Notes under the pieces: generated by a model
Told to the model about the DNA's origin: nothing
The model's input: only the letters and a program-made list of their open reading frames with translations
The model's database searches: none
Shown here: positions 8,843-18,149 of the stretch, piece after piece
Numbering within the stretch: position 1 is the first letter of the stretch
Layout of the letters: every line of letters starts with the position of its first letter
Program-made: the position numbers and the translations under genes
Source of the DNA: Acidobacteriota bacterium
Lineage (GTDB): Bacteria; Acidobacteriota; UBA6911; RPQK01; JAJDTT01
Assembly (NCBI GenBank): GCA_965263035.1
Contig: OZ253580.1
Coordinates: forward strand, 4,832,001-4,896,000
DNA: 64,000 bases
Direction: 5' to 3'

Positions 8843-10813
8843 TCAATAGGGCCAGTTCAAAGCAGGTGACGTAGCCACGAATTGCCGGCGCTTCACCCAT
8901 CGGACCCGGTCCTGTCGGTAATGGTCTCTCTGGTAGAAGGGGTAGTATCTTCCAGGAGGGTCGATGAAGACGACGCTGTTCCCCTTCATGACCAGGTTGA
9001 AATCGACTCCCCACATCTTTTCCTTGACCGTGCGCTCCTGGATGGGAAAGGAGAGTTCCACCACGTCCCCCGGTTTCACGCTCCCCACTTGGGCGTAGCG
9101 CCCCTCCCACCCCAGCTCTCGGGTCCGCTGATTCACCTTGCAAACCGTCTTCTCCGGTTCGGTCCAATCGGGAATCCGAACCTGGAGCCGGATCGGCTGT
9201 TTGACCTTCACGTCGACCTGTCCTTCGTAGGGGATATAGCTCTGGACGTCCGCCCATGGAGAAACCCGGTTGAGAAGCAGATTGACCTTCAGGTCCCCGT
9301 CCCGGTAGTGGAGCAGGTGCCTCCAGGCATACCAGATGGCCCGCGCGTGGTTGCCCGTGCAGCAATGCATGAGGAACAGGTGGTCGGAATCGGGCCGGTC
9401 CGACCAGGTCAGCGGATGCCCCACGAAGTCGTTGGGGGACGCCAGACTCATGGCGGAGCCGATGTTCCGTTCCACGGTCCGGTCGGAGGACTCGAACTCG
9501 GGGCGGTTCCAGGTCTCGTAGCGATCCTCGGGCAGGAGCCGGCCGACGAAGTCTTCCTTCAACAACTGCATCTCGGCGAACTGGTTCCTCAGATAGCGGT
9601 CGGCGTCGTCCCAGTAGTCCCCGGCCCCGGCGAGGCTCAGTTTGATGGCCAGCGCGGCCATATCGGCTACGGTGCAGCCCTCCACGCCGTATCTGGCCAC
9701 TTGCTGGACCGTCTTGGCCGAGTAGTGCTGCCCGGCTCCCGGAGTGGAGGGAAAGAATCCCACGGTGGCGCTGCCGCTGGAATCCCGGGCGTATTCGTAG
9801 GAGTTCTTCGAGTACTCGATGAAATCCTGGTCCTGGCTGGCCATGGCGAATTCCAGCAGGCCGGAGATGGGGCGGGTGTGCAGGTGGGTGTGGGGGACGC
9901 CCCGGAAACGTCCTTCCGAGTCGTAGCAGCCGGAATGCCGGGTCATGTAGATGGCCAGCTTGCGGGCCAGGTCCAGAGCCGGCTGGTATCCGGTGGCCAG
10001 GTAGGCTTGGCTGAGGCCCTGGATGATCCAACCCGCGGCGGCCCCGCTGGCCTCCCGGGTGCAGTCCGGGTCGACGATGTCCCGATCACGGGGAATCTCG
10101 GTTTCCGGGTTGACTGCCATCAGGGGGAAGTAGCAGTAGTCGTCCTTGTAGACCATCAGGCGGGCCACGCCGTCGACCAGTTTCTGCAGCCGTTCCTTCC
10201 AGAACTCGTCGCCGCTCAGCAGGTAGTAGAGGGCGAAGTTGCCCAGCCAACCCCCCTGCGCGACGGTGCTGGCGAGCTGGGTCTCCTTGAGTCCCTTCTG
10301 CTCCAGCCAGTCGGCGTGGAACCCGGCCCAGGGGCGGCCCTCGAACGGCATGTAGATCAGGCCGTCCTCCCCCTGCATGCGAAGCAGGTTCTCCGGCCAG
10401 GCCTGATCCACCTCCAGGTTCTGGTCGCTGCCGCTGACGTATCGGAGCAGGGGGAGCGCCTCCTGGAACTTGTACTGGACGTTCAGGTCATGGAAGTCGT
10501 GCACCAGAACGGGCGGTTTCCGGTTCAGGAGCACGTGCCACCAGATTTCGTAGCCCGCCTCCGGGTCCGCCGACTCGGTCAGCGCGTTGATGGACAGCCG
10601 GGCCCGCTCGGCCAGGTCCAGGGTGTCCGGGACCAGCCCTTCCTGCCATTCACCCTTCAGCGCCGGGAAGCCCACCTTGGGAATCTCCGGAGAGATGTAG
10701 CCGATCTTCTTCGGCTTGGCCTCTTCCGGGGGGCCGGCCGCCAGGGTCACGGCCGTGGCCAGAACCGCCGCGCCCATCCAACGAACTCCGAATCGACTCG
10801 TCTTCGTTTGCAT
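8843..10813 (-). CDS. Exported GH127/GH146-like (alpha/alpha barrel) protein
   Basis: Signal peptide. VEGC and HCCTGN motifs. C-terminal beta domain (PYEGQV, VRIPDW, GDVVELSFP). Confidence 0.6.
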   Translation of the reverse strand: MQTKTSRFGVRWMGAAVLATAVTLAAGPPEEAKPKKIGYISPEIPKVGFPALKGEWQEGLVPDTLDLAERARLSINALTESADPEAGYEIWWHVLLNRKPPVLVHDFHDLNVQYKFQEALPLLRYVSGSDQNLEVDQAWPENLLRMQGEDGLIYMPFEGRPWAGFHADWLEQKGLKETQLASTVAQGGWLGNFALYYLLSGDEFWKERLQKLVDGVARLMVYKDDYCYFPLMAVNPETEIPRDRDIVDPDCTREASGAAAGWIIQGLSQAYLATGYQPALDLARKLAIYMTRHSGCYDSEGRFRGVPHTHLHTRPISGLLEFAMASQDQDFIEYSKNSYEYARDSSGSATVGFFPSTPGAGQHYSAKTVQQVARYGVEGCTVADMAALAIKLSLAGAGDYWDDADRYLRNQFAEMQLLKEDFVGRLLPEDRYETWNRPEFESSDRTVERNIGSAMSLASPNDFVGHPLTWSDRPDSDHLFLMHCCTGNHARAIWYAWRHLLHYRDGDLKVNLLLNRVSPWADVQSYIPYEGQVDVKVKQPIRLQVRIPDWTEPEKTVCKVNQRTRELGWEGRYAQVGSVKPGDVVELSFPIQERTVKEKMWGVDFNLVMKGNSVVFIDPPGRYYPFYQRDHYRQDRVRWVKRRQFVATSPALNWPY

Positions 10814-10958
10814 TGCCGTTTATCATCCGTGTAGGAGTGAGTCATGATGTATGGACCGACTGCGGTCAGGCCCAATGGGGGTTATTCTAGATGATGACGT
10901 TGTGTTTCGGTACCGACCGATTTCCGGGAGGGCCGCCTTTCCCGACAGAGGTGTCACG

Positions 10959-11462
10959 ATGGCTGGGATGAAGAAGATCAGGAAGCTGGACCATGTTGCC
11001 TTGATGGTGAGCGATCTGGACCGGTCGTTTCATTTCTACCACCACCTGCTGGGCCTGGAGGTGGAGGAGTACGTCGAGCACCCCATGCCGGGGTCCAAGA
11101 ACATCCAGGGCGTCGCCAAGATGACCCGGTTCCCCGACGTGAGGGTGCGGGAATATCGCATGAAGATGCCCGAGAACCCGGGCATGACCCTTGATCTGAT
11201 CGAGTGGATCACCCCCAAGAGTCCCGTGGGCCGGTACCCTTTGCACCACGTCCCGTCCTCGCATCTCTGCTTCGACGTGGAAGACATGGAGGCCACTTAC
11301 GAGTTCCTGAAGGGAGAAGGCGTCGAGTTCGTCTCTCCGCCCGTCTACTGGGAGCCGGAGGAAGGGGGATGGGTGGTCCTGTTCTTCTACGATCCGGACG
11401 GGAATCTGCTGGAGTTGAACCAGCCGCAACCGCACCATCAGAAGCCCGAACCCGGTGCCTGA
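10959..11462 (+). CDS. VOC/glyoxalase family protein
   Basis: LDHVAL.VSDLDRS..FY...LG, HLCFDVEDM, FFYDPDGNLLEL. Confidence 0.9.
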   Translation: MAGMKKIRKLDHVALMVSDLDRSFHFYHHLLGLEVEEYVEHPMPGSKNIQGVAKMTRFPDVRVREYRMKMPENPGMTLDLIEWITPKSPVGRYPLHHVPSSHLCFDVEDMEATYEFLKGEGVEFVSPPVYWEPEEGGWVVLFFYDPDGNLLELNQPQPHHQKPEPGA

Positions 11463-11538
11463 CCCCGCTGGGAGGGGGGACATCCCTGTCCCCCATTCTT
11501 CCTGGTCCTCTGGTCCCACCGAAGTTCTGCGGATCGGC

Positions 11539-12351
11539 TTATTGATTTGCAGACCGGGCCAGAAACCTGGCTTGGCCCACTTCCATTTGCCGCCCGGAGG
11601 GTTGGATCGCCGTGATCCCGCCGTCCACCATCAGCACGGCTCCGGTGATGTAGGAGGCCTCGTCGCTGGCGAGGAACAGGATGGCGTTGGCCACCTCGCT
11701 GGGCTCGGCGAAGCGGGACATGAGCGTCATGCCCGCATAGGGCGCCACGTTCTCGGCCGGCGTGTTGGCCATCATGGGCGTGTTCATGCCGGTGGGGCAG
11801 ACCGCGTTCGCCCGGATGCCGTCGAGTCCGCAGTCCTGGGCGATACAGCGGGTCAGGCCGATGAGGCCGTGCTTGGAGGTGTTGTAGTCGGCTTGGTTCT
11901 CGTTGCCCTGCACGCCCGACACCGACGAGACGCAGACGATGCTTCCCGCCCCCTGGCGTTTCATCTGGGGGATCACCGCCTTGGAGCAGAGGAACGGACC
12001 ACGCAGGTTGACCCGCATGATCCGGTCCCAGACTACTGCATCGATTTCGTACACAGGCGCCACTTCACCGAATATGGCGGCGTTGTTCACGAGGATGTCG
12101 ATCCTGCCGAATTGCTCCACGGTGGTCGCCGCCATGCGCTCCGTGTCCTGCTCGTCACTGCAGTCGGCCACGATTGCAATCGCTTCGCCGCCGGCCTCCC
12201 GGATTTTCCCTACCGTCTCCGCGGCCGTTTGCGGATTCACGTCTACGACCGCCACCCGGGCGCCCTCCGCCGCGAACCGCACGGCCACAGACTCGCCCAA
12301 GCCCTGACCGGCCCCCGTTACGATCGCCACCTTGTCTCCCAAACGCCCCAT
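11539..12351 (-). CDS. SDR family oxidoreductase
   Basis: TGAGQGLG, NNAA, YNTSK, DGG. Confidence 0.95.
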   Translation of the reverse strand: MGRLGDKVAIVTGAGQGLGESVAVRFAAEGARVAVVDVNPQTAAETVGKIREAGGEAIAIVADCSDEQDTERMAATTVEQFGRIDILVNNAAIFGEVAPVYEIDAVVWDRIMRVNLRGPFLCSKAVIPQMKRQGAGSIVCVSSVSGVQGNENQADYNTSKHGLIGLTRCIAQDCGLDGIRANAVCPTGMNTPMMANTPAENVAPYAGMTLMSRFAEPSEVANAILFLASDEASYITGAVLMVDGGITAIQPSGRQMEVGQARFLARSANQ

Positions 12352-12354
12352 CCT

Positions 12355-14031
12355 TCACCTCCCGGCTTCTTCGGCCAGACGCCGTCTCGCCAGCGTACCG
12401 ACGTAGCTGGCTGTGGCCCTTGCCTGGTTCGCCAGCCAATACTGAAGTGCCAGTGGCCTGAGCGGCTGTTCGCTTAGATACACCTCGTACCAGCCCTTGC
12501 CCAGCCGCGCCAGCCGCAAGCCCAGGACCGAAAAGCCGATCACCATCAATGGGACCAGCAGGAACGACATCACCGGGACCGTTGCCGGAAACGCCATCGC
12601 CAACGCCGCCAAAAGTCCCGAAACGGCCGCGCCGCTGATTCCAGCGGCCATGATGGACTTGCCGATCGCCCGGTATAGTTCGCCTTCCGTGATCTCTCTT
12701 CTCTGGTACTGGAGACCGTACTCCAACACGGCCATCACCGCTGCTATCGCCGCGGCGGTCAAGACTCCTTCCAAGGCGCATTTTGCCGTCTCCAGGAGCG
12801 TCGCGTGAAAGGCGTCGCTCTGCAGGACCCGTTGCGCCGCTTCCAGCTCCCTCGGCGTCATTAGATCGCTGCCCCGTGCGCGATTCACGGAGGAGTTTTC
12901 GAACAAGCCATTGGACGCCGAGTGACTGCCGCCCTCGCTGTATGCACGGATGTGGCTCCAGTCCTTGCCCTCCAGATACTTCGCCGTGGCCTCAGGTCCC
13001 GCTGCCCGGATCTGTTCGGGGATCGTCTCCCAGACCCTCTGTGCTTCAACCTGACCCCGCGAGGTACCCCGTGTCCCGGCGTACAAATACTTCGTCGGGT
13101 CCAAGTTCGCCCAGTCGAGATTGAGTGAAAAGCGCGAAAGGTGACCGTAAGCGTCCCAGAACGGAGTCGGGTCGCGCATAACCGCCAACATCTGCTGGAA
13201 GGAATCTGTCACCCTTACCTTCTCGGAGACGGCCAAGACGCCGGCCGTCACACCGGTGATGACCGGCGCACCATAAGAGCGAGTAACGGACAGCCCCGCC
13301 GTAGCCCCTTGACGAGCCTTCTCCGCGGACCGGACGGCCGCGTCCTTGACTCCCTCTACAACCTGTTCCGCTCCGTCGCGAGCCCTCTCGGCGGACCAAC
13401 CGGCTGCATCCCTAGTACCCTGGGCGATGTGGGTTGCCCCAACCTGTGCCTTCTCGGTGGACCAGGCGGCCACGTCCTTGACTCCGTCCGCGACCTGTGC
13501 CGCGCCCTCGCGGGCCTTTTCGGCGGACCGAGTGGCTGCATCCTTCGCTCCCTCGGTGATGTGGGTTGTCCCAACCCGTGCCTTTTCGGCAGACCAGCCG
13601 GCCACGTCCTTGACTCCGTCCGCAACCTGTGCCGCCCCCTGGCGGACCTTTTCGGCGGACCGAGCGGCTGCATCCTTCGATCCCTCTGCGATGTGCGTTG
13701 CCCTAACCCGAGCCTTTTTGGTGGACCGATTGGCTGCGTACATGGCTCCCTCCATCACCCGTGCCGTGCCGCCGCGAGCCTTTTCGGCGGACCAGGCGGC
13801 GGCGTCCTTGGCCTCGTCCGCAACTCGCGCCGCCCCGTCACGAGTCTTTTCTGCGGAATGAGCTGCAGCATTCTTGGCTCCCGCCGCTACCCGAGCCGCC
13901 CGATCACAAGCTTGTTCTGCGGTCCGAGTGGCCGCATCCTTCGCTCGCTTCGTCACCCGAAAAAACCTGGCGCGGGCTTTCCCTGTCTCCGACGCGGCGT
14001 CACGAGACTCATTTGCTGAGGTGTCTACCAC
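12355..14031 (-). CDS. Protein with ten 22-aa amphipathic repeats, an HNH-like motif and a hydrophobic C-terminus
   Basis: Repeats KDAAxxSAEKARxGAxxVxxG[AV]. Motif KDWSHI...GG...NGLFE...NRARG. About 3 hydrophobic helices at the C-terminus. Confidence 0.75.
   Translation of the reverse strand: MVDTSANESRDAASETGKARARFFRVTKRAKDAATRTAEQACDRAARVAAGAKNAAAHSAEKTRDGAARVADEAKDAAAWSAEKARGGTARVMEGAMYAANRSTKKARVRATHIAEGSKDAAARSAEKVRQGAAQVADGVKDVAGWSAEKARVGTTHITEGAKDAATRSAEKAREGAAQVADGVKDVAAWSTEKAQVGATHIAQGTRDAAGWSAERARDGAEQVVEGVKDAAVRSAEKARQGATAGLSVTRSYGAPVITGVTAGVLAVSEKVRVTDSFQQMLAVMRDPTPFWDAYGHLSRFSLNLDWANLDPTKYLYAGTRGTSRGQVEAQRVWETIPEQIRAAGPEATAKYLEGKDWSHIRAYSEGGSHSASNGLFENSSVNRARGSDLMTPRELEAAQRVLQSDAFHATLLETAKCALEGVLTAAAIAAVMAVLEYGLQYQRREITEGELYRAIGKSIMAAGISGAAVSGLLAALAMAFPATVPVMSFLLVPLMVIGFSVLGLRLARLGKGWYEVYLSEQPLRPLALQYWLANQARATASYVGTLARRRLAEEAGR
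13282..13941 (-). repeat. Intragenic 66-bp tandem repeat, ~10 copies
   Basis: Recurring CCTTTTCGGCGGACC and TCCTTGACTCCGTC blocks with a 66-bp period on the + strand. Confidence 0.85.
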
Positions 14032-14067
14032 TTTGAGAATTTCCTTCTCGGGCTCGGCAACAGCCTC

Positions 14068-14325
14068 TTACGCCCCGACAATGCCCAAAGTGTCGTAACC
14101 GATGATCTTATTGGCACTTCGTTGGTCGCGCCTCGGCAGCTTCGCGCAGTCCAGCGCGATGCGATCCAATTCTTCGACGCGCCGGGATATGCCACGCGAT
14201 TCCTCAACCTGTTCCAAGCGCGCCTGGAGGGCATGTTTGACCGCCTCGGTCAACGATTTTCCGGTCAACGTGGCGAGCCTCTTCGCGAGGCCATGGGTTT
14301 CTGCATCATCTATTTTTAGCGCCAT
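14068..14325 (-). CDS. vapB: VapB antitoxin (Rv0623/PSK-type)
   Basis: MALKIDDAETHGLAKRLATLTGKSLTEAV..AL..RL and C-terminal IIGYD..G. GGAG RBS. Confidence 0.82.
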   Translation of the reverse strand: MALKIDDAETHGLAKRLATLTGKSLTEAVKHALQARLEQVEESRGISRRVEELDRIALDCAKLPRRDQRSANKIIGYDTLGIVGA

Positions 14326-14617
14326 ACCAATATTCTCCACATCCGGATTCTTGAAAGTAGTAGGAAAAATCAACCTGAAGGAGCAATCGTAACACCTGAA
14401 TGTCGCGGCAGGTGCTCGGTTCGGCCGTGTCTCTATTGCCTTCGGGACAGTCCGTTGTCTTGGTCGCTGTTCAGACCCTATAATCCCGATCAACGCGAAC
14501 GCCAGGGGTTTATTGTCGGCGTCCCGTGCCGTCTCGACTGTGCCACGTTATTTCGGAACCCGAAAGGTCGGCGCCGAGGACACTGACTTCAACGAATGCA
14601 TCCGGAGGTTCTGACCC

Positions 14618-15448
14618 ATGCAGATTGATCGCCGCCGATTTATCGAAACCGTATCTCGCAGCGCAGCGGGCGCAGGCTTCGTTCCCGCACTCTCGGCGCT
14701 GGGTTGCGCCCCGTCCACCGAATCCGAGTGGAAACCTCTTTTCGACGGGGTTTCACTGAACGGCTGGCACACCAATCCGGAGAAGACCGGTCACGGTACG
14801 GGTGGGCAGTGGGCCGTCGAGGATGGAACCATCACGGGTCAGCAGGACCCCCCCGGCTCGGGCAACGGCGGCATCCTGCTCACCGACGAGAAGTTCATGG
14901 ACTTCGAACTCTCCATCGACATCAAACCGGACTGGGGGGTCTGCTCGGGACTCTTTCTGCGCAGCAACGACAAGGGCCAGTGTGTGCAGATGATGGTCGA
15001 CTATCACGACAACGGCAAAATGGGGTTTCTCTACGGCGAAGGGACCTTCGGCTTCAACTGTGCGACCTTCGAGATCAACGGGGTCCTGGACCAGGACCAA
15101 CGGTTGGTCCGTCTCACGCCCATCGGCGGCCGCTCCTTGGAGGAGGCCGGGTTGATCTCGTCCTGCAAGCCGGAGGAGTTCATCGAGGCCTACAAGATCG
15201 ACGATTGGAATACGGCCCGGGTCCTCGTCACCGGAACCGAACCGCACCTCACCACGTGGATCAACGGCCTGAAGATCTGCGAGTTCGACGGGCCGACCAC
15301 CACCAATCAGAAGTACGTCGACAATCGCCAGGAGATCGTGAACCGGGTCGGCCAACCCGGCAGCATCGCGGTCCAGGTCCACGGCGGCAAGAGTTGGCCG
15401 ACCGGCGCCAAGTGCCGCTGGAAGAACATCCGGATCCGCCCGGTGTAG
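14618..15448 (+). CDS. DUF1080 (3-keto-disaccharide hydrolase-like) protein with Tat signal
   Basis: DRRRFI, WKPLFDG.SL.GW, SGLFLR, WN, G.IAVQVHGG, WKNIRIR. Confidence 0.9.
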   Translation: MQIDRRRFIETVSRSAAGAGFVPALSALGCAPSTESEWKPLFDGVSLNGWHTNPEKTGHGTGGQWAVEDGTITGQQDPPGSGNGGILLTDEKFMDFELSIDIKPDWGVCSGLFLRSNDKGQCVQMMVDYHDNGKMGFLYGEGTFGFNCATFEINGVLDQDQRLVRLTPIGGRSLEEAGLISSCKPEEFIEAYKIDDWNTARVLVTGTEPHLTTWINGLKICEFDGPTTTNQKYVDNRQEIVNRVGQPGSIAVQVHGGKSWPTGAKCRWKNIRIRPV

Positions 15449-15480
15449 AGCAAAGGCCGGTCGAGGAGGAGTGGCCGGAG

Positions 15481-15500
15481 GGGCGACTTTCTTGTCGCCC
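15481..15500 (-). repeat. REP-like palindrome flanking IS110
   Basis: GGGCGACTTTCTTGTCGCCC. Confidence 0.85.
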
Positions 15501-15746
15501 ATTGGGAGGGGACTTCCCACCCTTCTTCAAGCGAGATTTGACCCCCAGGGGGAGGCCCGGCGAAGGGAGCGTAGCGACCGCAGCCGGGCCTCCCCCTGGG
15601 GGTCCTCTCTGGTACGGTGGTTCCCATTGACCTGGTGAAGCGATCCCCGGGTCCAGTCCATGGTCGCCCGGATGGACATCGCTCTTGAGCTTCTGGAGCG
15701 ACCGCACCAGGGTGGAGCCTACAACGTCCCTCGGTCCAGATCCGGA

Positions 15747-16994
15747 TCAAGCAGCCCGGCGCTGTCTCGCATGATTCGCATCGTATTCCGTCTGGTCTCG
15801 CAACATGGCGCAGGCCACCGCCAGCAGGCGATCGGCAACGGACCGCAGGGCCCGGGCATGGCCGTGGCCGCGCTCCCGCAGGGCAGCGTACTTGGCCTTG
15901 CTGGTGGGGTCGTGTTGCGTGGCCACGCGCGACCAATGATAGGCCGCTTCCCGCAGACGAGGATGAACGGCTTGGCGGCGCACGACCCGGGTGTATTTGC
16001 CGGAACTCCGGGTCACGGGGGCCACCCCGCACAGACATCGCAAAGCGGCGTAATCTCGGCGCCGGATCGCATCGAAGGCTTCCGAGAGCAGGGTGGCCAG
16101 GACGATTCGGCCGATGCCGGGCAGGGAGGCGAGGATCGCCACGTCCCGGCACGGTCCTTGGGGCCCCGGCGTCGACTCGCACCGCTTCTCCCAAGCCCGG
16201 ATCAAACGGTCGAGCTCACGAGAGATGTCCCGGAGTTGGTTCCGCACCACGGCCAGGCGCTCACCGAGACTTTCGATGTGGACCCTCATCGCCTGGGTGG
16301 TGCCCGGGGCGACCGGGATGGAGCGTACCCGCAAGCGACGCAGGACCTCTGGGGCGTCGATGCGCCGGATCCGATGTTGTTTCAACACCTTGGCGACCCG
16401 GCTCGGACGCAGCTTCCGGGCCGCATCCGGTGTCGGGGCCAGCTTCCACACTTCCATCACCCACGGCTCGGCGAGATCCTTGCTCAGGTGTAGGAACTGC
16501 GGATAGTAGCGCCAGAGTTGTTGGCGCAGGCGGTTGAGAAGCCGGGTCCGATCACGGGTCAACTGTGCACCCAGTCTGGACACCTCGCGCAGTTGGATCA
16601 TTTCAGAATCGACCGGTTCGAGCTGTTGCCAGCGATCCCCGTCGGTTCGGATCGCGTCGGCCAGCACCCGGGCATCGCGGCGGTCATCCTTGGCGCCCGC
16701 CGGCGAGAAGCGGTCGCGGAATCGATCCACCTGCCTTGGATTGATGGCATACACGACAAAGCATCGCCCCATCAAAAACTCCACCACCGGACCGTGCGGC
16801 ACTTCAATCGCCACCGAGACGGCCTCCGCTCTCGTCCCCGTCTGCTGCAGGATCCAGTCGGCCATCTGGGCCAGGCCCGAACCGCTGTGCGGGAAGCTGC
16901 GCTGTCCCTGACAGGTGCCTCGCTCATCCACGACGCAGACTTGGTGCGCCTGGGACGCCCAATCGACCCCCACAAACCATTGACTTGGTTTCAT
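15747..16994 (-). CDS. IS110 transposase (DEDD RuvC-like plus Tnp domain)
   Basis: FVGVDWAS, IE, KDDRRDA, SLPGIG, G.APVTRSSG. AGGAGG RBS before ATG at 16994. Confidence 0.95.
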   Translation of the reverse strand: MKPSQWFVGVDWASQAHQVCVVDERGTCQGQRSFPHSGSGLAQMADWILQQTGTRAEAVSVAIEVPHGPVVEFLMGRCFVVYAINPRQVDRFRDRFSPAGAKDDRRDARVLADAIRTDGDRWQQLEPVDSEMIQLREVSRLGAQLTRDRTRLLNRLRQQLWRYYPQFLHLSKDLAEPWVMEVWKLAPTPDAARKLRPSRVAKVLKQHRIRRIDAPEVLRRLRVRSIPVAPGTTQAMRVHIESLGERLAVVRNQLRDISRELDRLIRAWEKRCESTPGPQGPCRDVAILASLPGIGRIVLATLLSEAFDAIRRRDYAALRCLCGVAPVTRSSGKYTRVVRRQAVHPRLREAAYHWSRVATQHDPTSKAKYAALRERGHGHARALRSVADRLLAVACAMLRDQTEYDANHARQRRAA

Positions 16995-17009
16995 CCCGAA
17001 CCTCCTAGT

Positions 17010-17215
17010 GATTAAATGGATGTCGGGCCGCCGCGATCCGGGCCAATTCCTGTACTGGCATTCGTGGATCCAAACTTCCCACGGGGCCTCCATCGCGGCA
17101 ACCGGCCGGGGCACGAGTCCCCTCCAGGTGCTCTGAGGGCGCTGCGGCTTTATGGTAGCTCCCGGCCGGTTGGCCCTCTTCACCCACCGTGGGTGAAGTC
17201 CCCTAAAGAGCACTC
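17010..17215 (-). ncRNA. Putative IS110 bridge RNA
   Basis: A 5' hairpin plus two stem-loops whose internal loops match the target and donor halves (see findings). Transcript ends are approximate. Confidence 0.75.
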
Positions 17216-17227
17216 GAGAAGGGTACA

Positions 17228-17364
17228 GGCGGCTTTCTTGCCGCCCACTGGGACAGGCGGTTTTCTTGCCGCCTGCTCTCCGGTGTTGCTTCGGTAGGCG
17301 GGAAGTGTAGAGGGGGGACTGCCGTCCCCCCTACCCCCCCCGGAACGGCGGCAAGAAAGCCGCC
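17228..17364. repeat. REP-like cluster (3 palindromes plus AGTGTAGAGGGGGGACT..GTCCCCC motif)
   Basis: Palindromes at 17228-45, 17256-73 and 17347-64. Same architecture as 42310-42560. Confidence 0.8.
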
Positions 17365-18149
17365 GCTCCCGCCCCGCCGCGACCCGGCAGCGAGTCCAGC
17401 AGGACCCGAGTGTAGGCATGCCGCGGCTTCCGCAAGACCGTCTCCGTCGGTCCCGCCTCAACAATGCGTCCCCGGCGCATTACGTGCACCCGGGAGGTCA
17501 TGTAGCGCACCAGCGCCAAATCATGGGAGATGAAGAGGATGGCCAGGTTCCGTTCGGACCGCAGCCGCCGAAGAAGGTTGGCGAGGCGGGCCTGGGCCGA
17601 CTGGTCGATTGCGGACGTGGGCTCGTCCGCGATCAGGACCCTCGGTTCGGGTGCCAGGGCCCGGGCGATGCTGACCCGCTGACGCTGGCCGCCCGAAAGT
17701 GCCTTGGGAAACCTTCGGGCCTGGGATTCGTCGATGCCGATGGATTGAAGCAGGGAAAAGGACTCTGCCTGGGCCTGTTTGCGCGTCAGTCCGCGCCATA
17801 CCTGGAGGGCTTCCGCCACCGCCGACCACGCCCGCATCCGGGGGTTGAGGGACGAATACGGGTCCTGGAAGACCATCTGGACCTTCCAGCGCTCGTTCTT
17901 GGGGACGCGCTCTCGCGAGTCGGGCTCCGCGACCTGCTTGCCTTCCCACAACACCGTTCCAAAGGCCGCCGGCTGGAGGCCCACGAGCACCCGCGCCAGC
18001 GTGGTCTTGCCGCTGCCGCTCTCGCCGACCACGCCCACGATCTCGCCTGGATGGAGCGTCAGGCTGGCATCGCGAACGGCCTCGAACGCGTCCGCACCCC
18101 GTCCGAACCGGACCGTGATGTTCCGGCCCTCCAGCAGCGGTCCGCTCAT
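17331..18149 (-). CDS. Peptide/nickel ABC transporter ATP-binding protein
   Basis: GESGSGKT, VFQDPYSSLNP, LSGGQRQR, ADEPTSA. Confidence 0.93.
   Translation of the reverse strand: MSGPLLEGRNITVRFGRGADAFEAVRDASLTLHPGEIVGVVGESGSGKTTLARVLVGLQPAAFGTVLWEGKQVAEPDSRERVPKNERWKVQMVFQDPYSSLNPRMRAWSAVAEALQVWRGLTRKQAQAESFSLLQSIGIDESQARRFPKALSGGQRQRVSIARALAPEPRVLIADEPTSAIDQSAQARLANLLRRLRSERNLAILFISHDLALVRYMTSRVHVMRRGRIVEAGPTETVLRKPRHAYTRVLLDSLPGRGGAGAAAFLPPFRGG

Larger units (their letters stand above)
15510..17229 (-). mobile_element. IS110-family insertion sequence (~1.72 kb) inserted in a REP cluster
   Basis: Transposase CDS, no terminal inverted repeats, and a 2-bp core (GG on + at 15510-11 and 17228-29). 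Removing the element restores a tandem REP. Confidence 0.85.

Noticed and set aside
13282-13941. 66-bp periodicity resembling CRISPR repeat-spacer spacing
   Set aside because: The whole unit is repeated and in frame within a CDS, so it is a protein repeat.
16995-17213. N-terminal extension of the IS110 transposase in the ORF track (488 aa)
   Set aside because: A strong RBS and the family start motif place the start at 16994. The upstream region is better explained as structured RNA.
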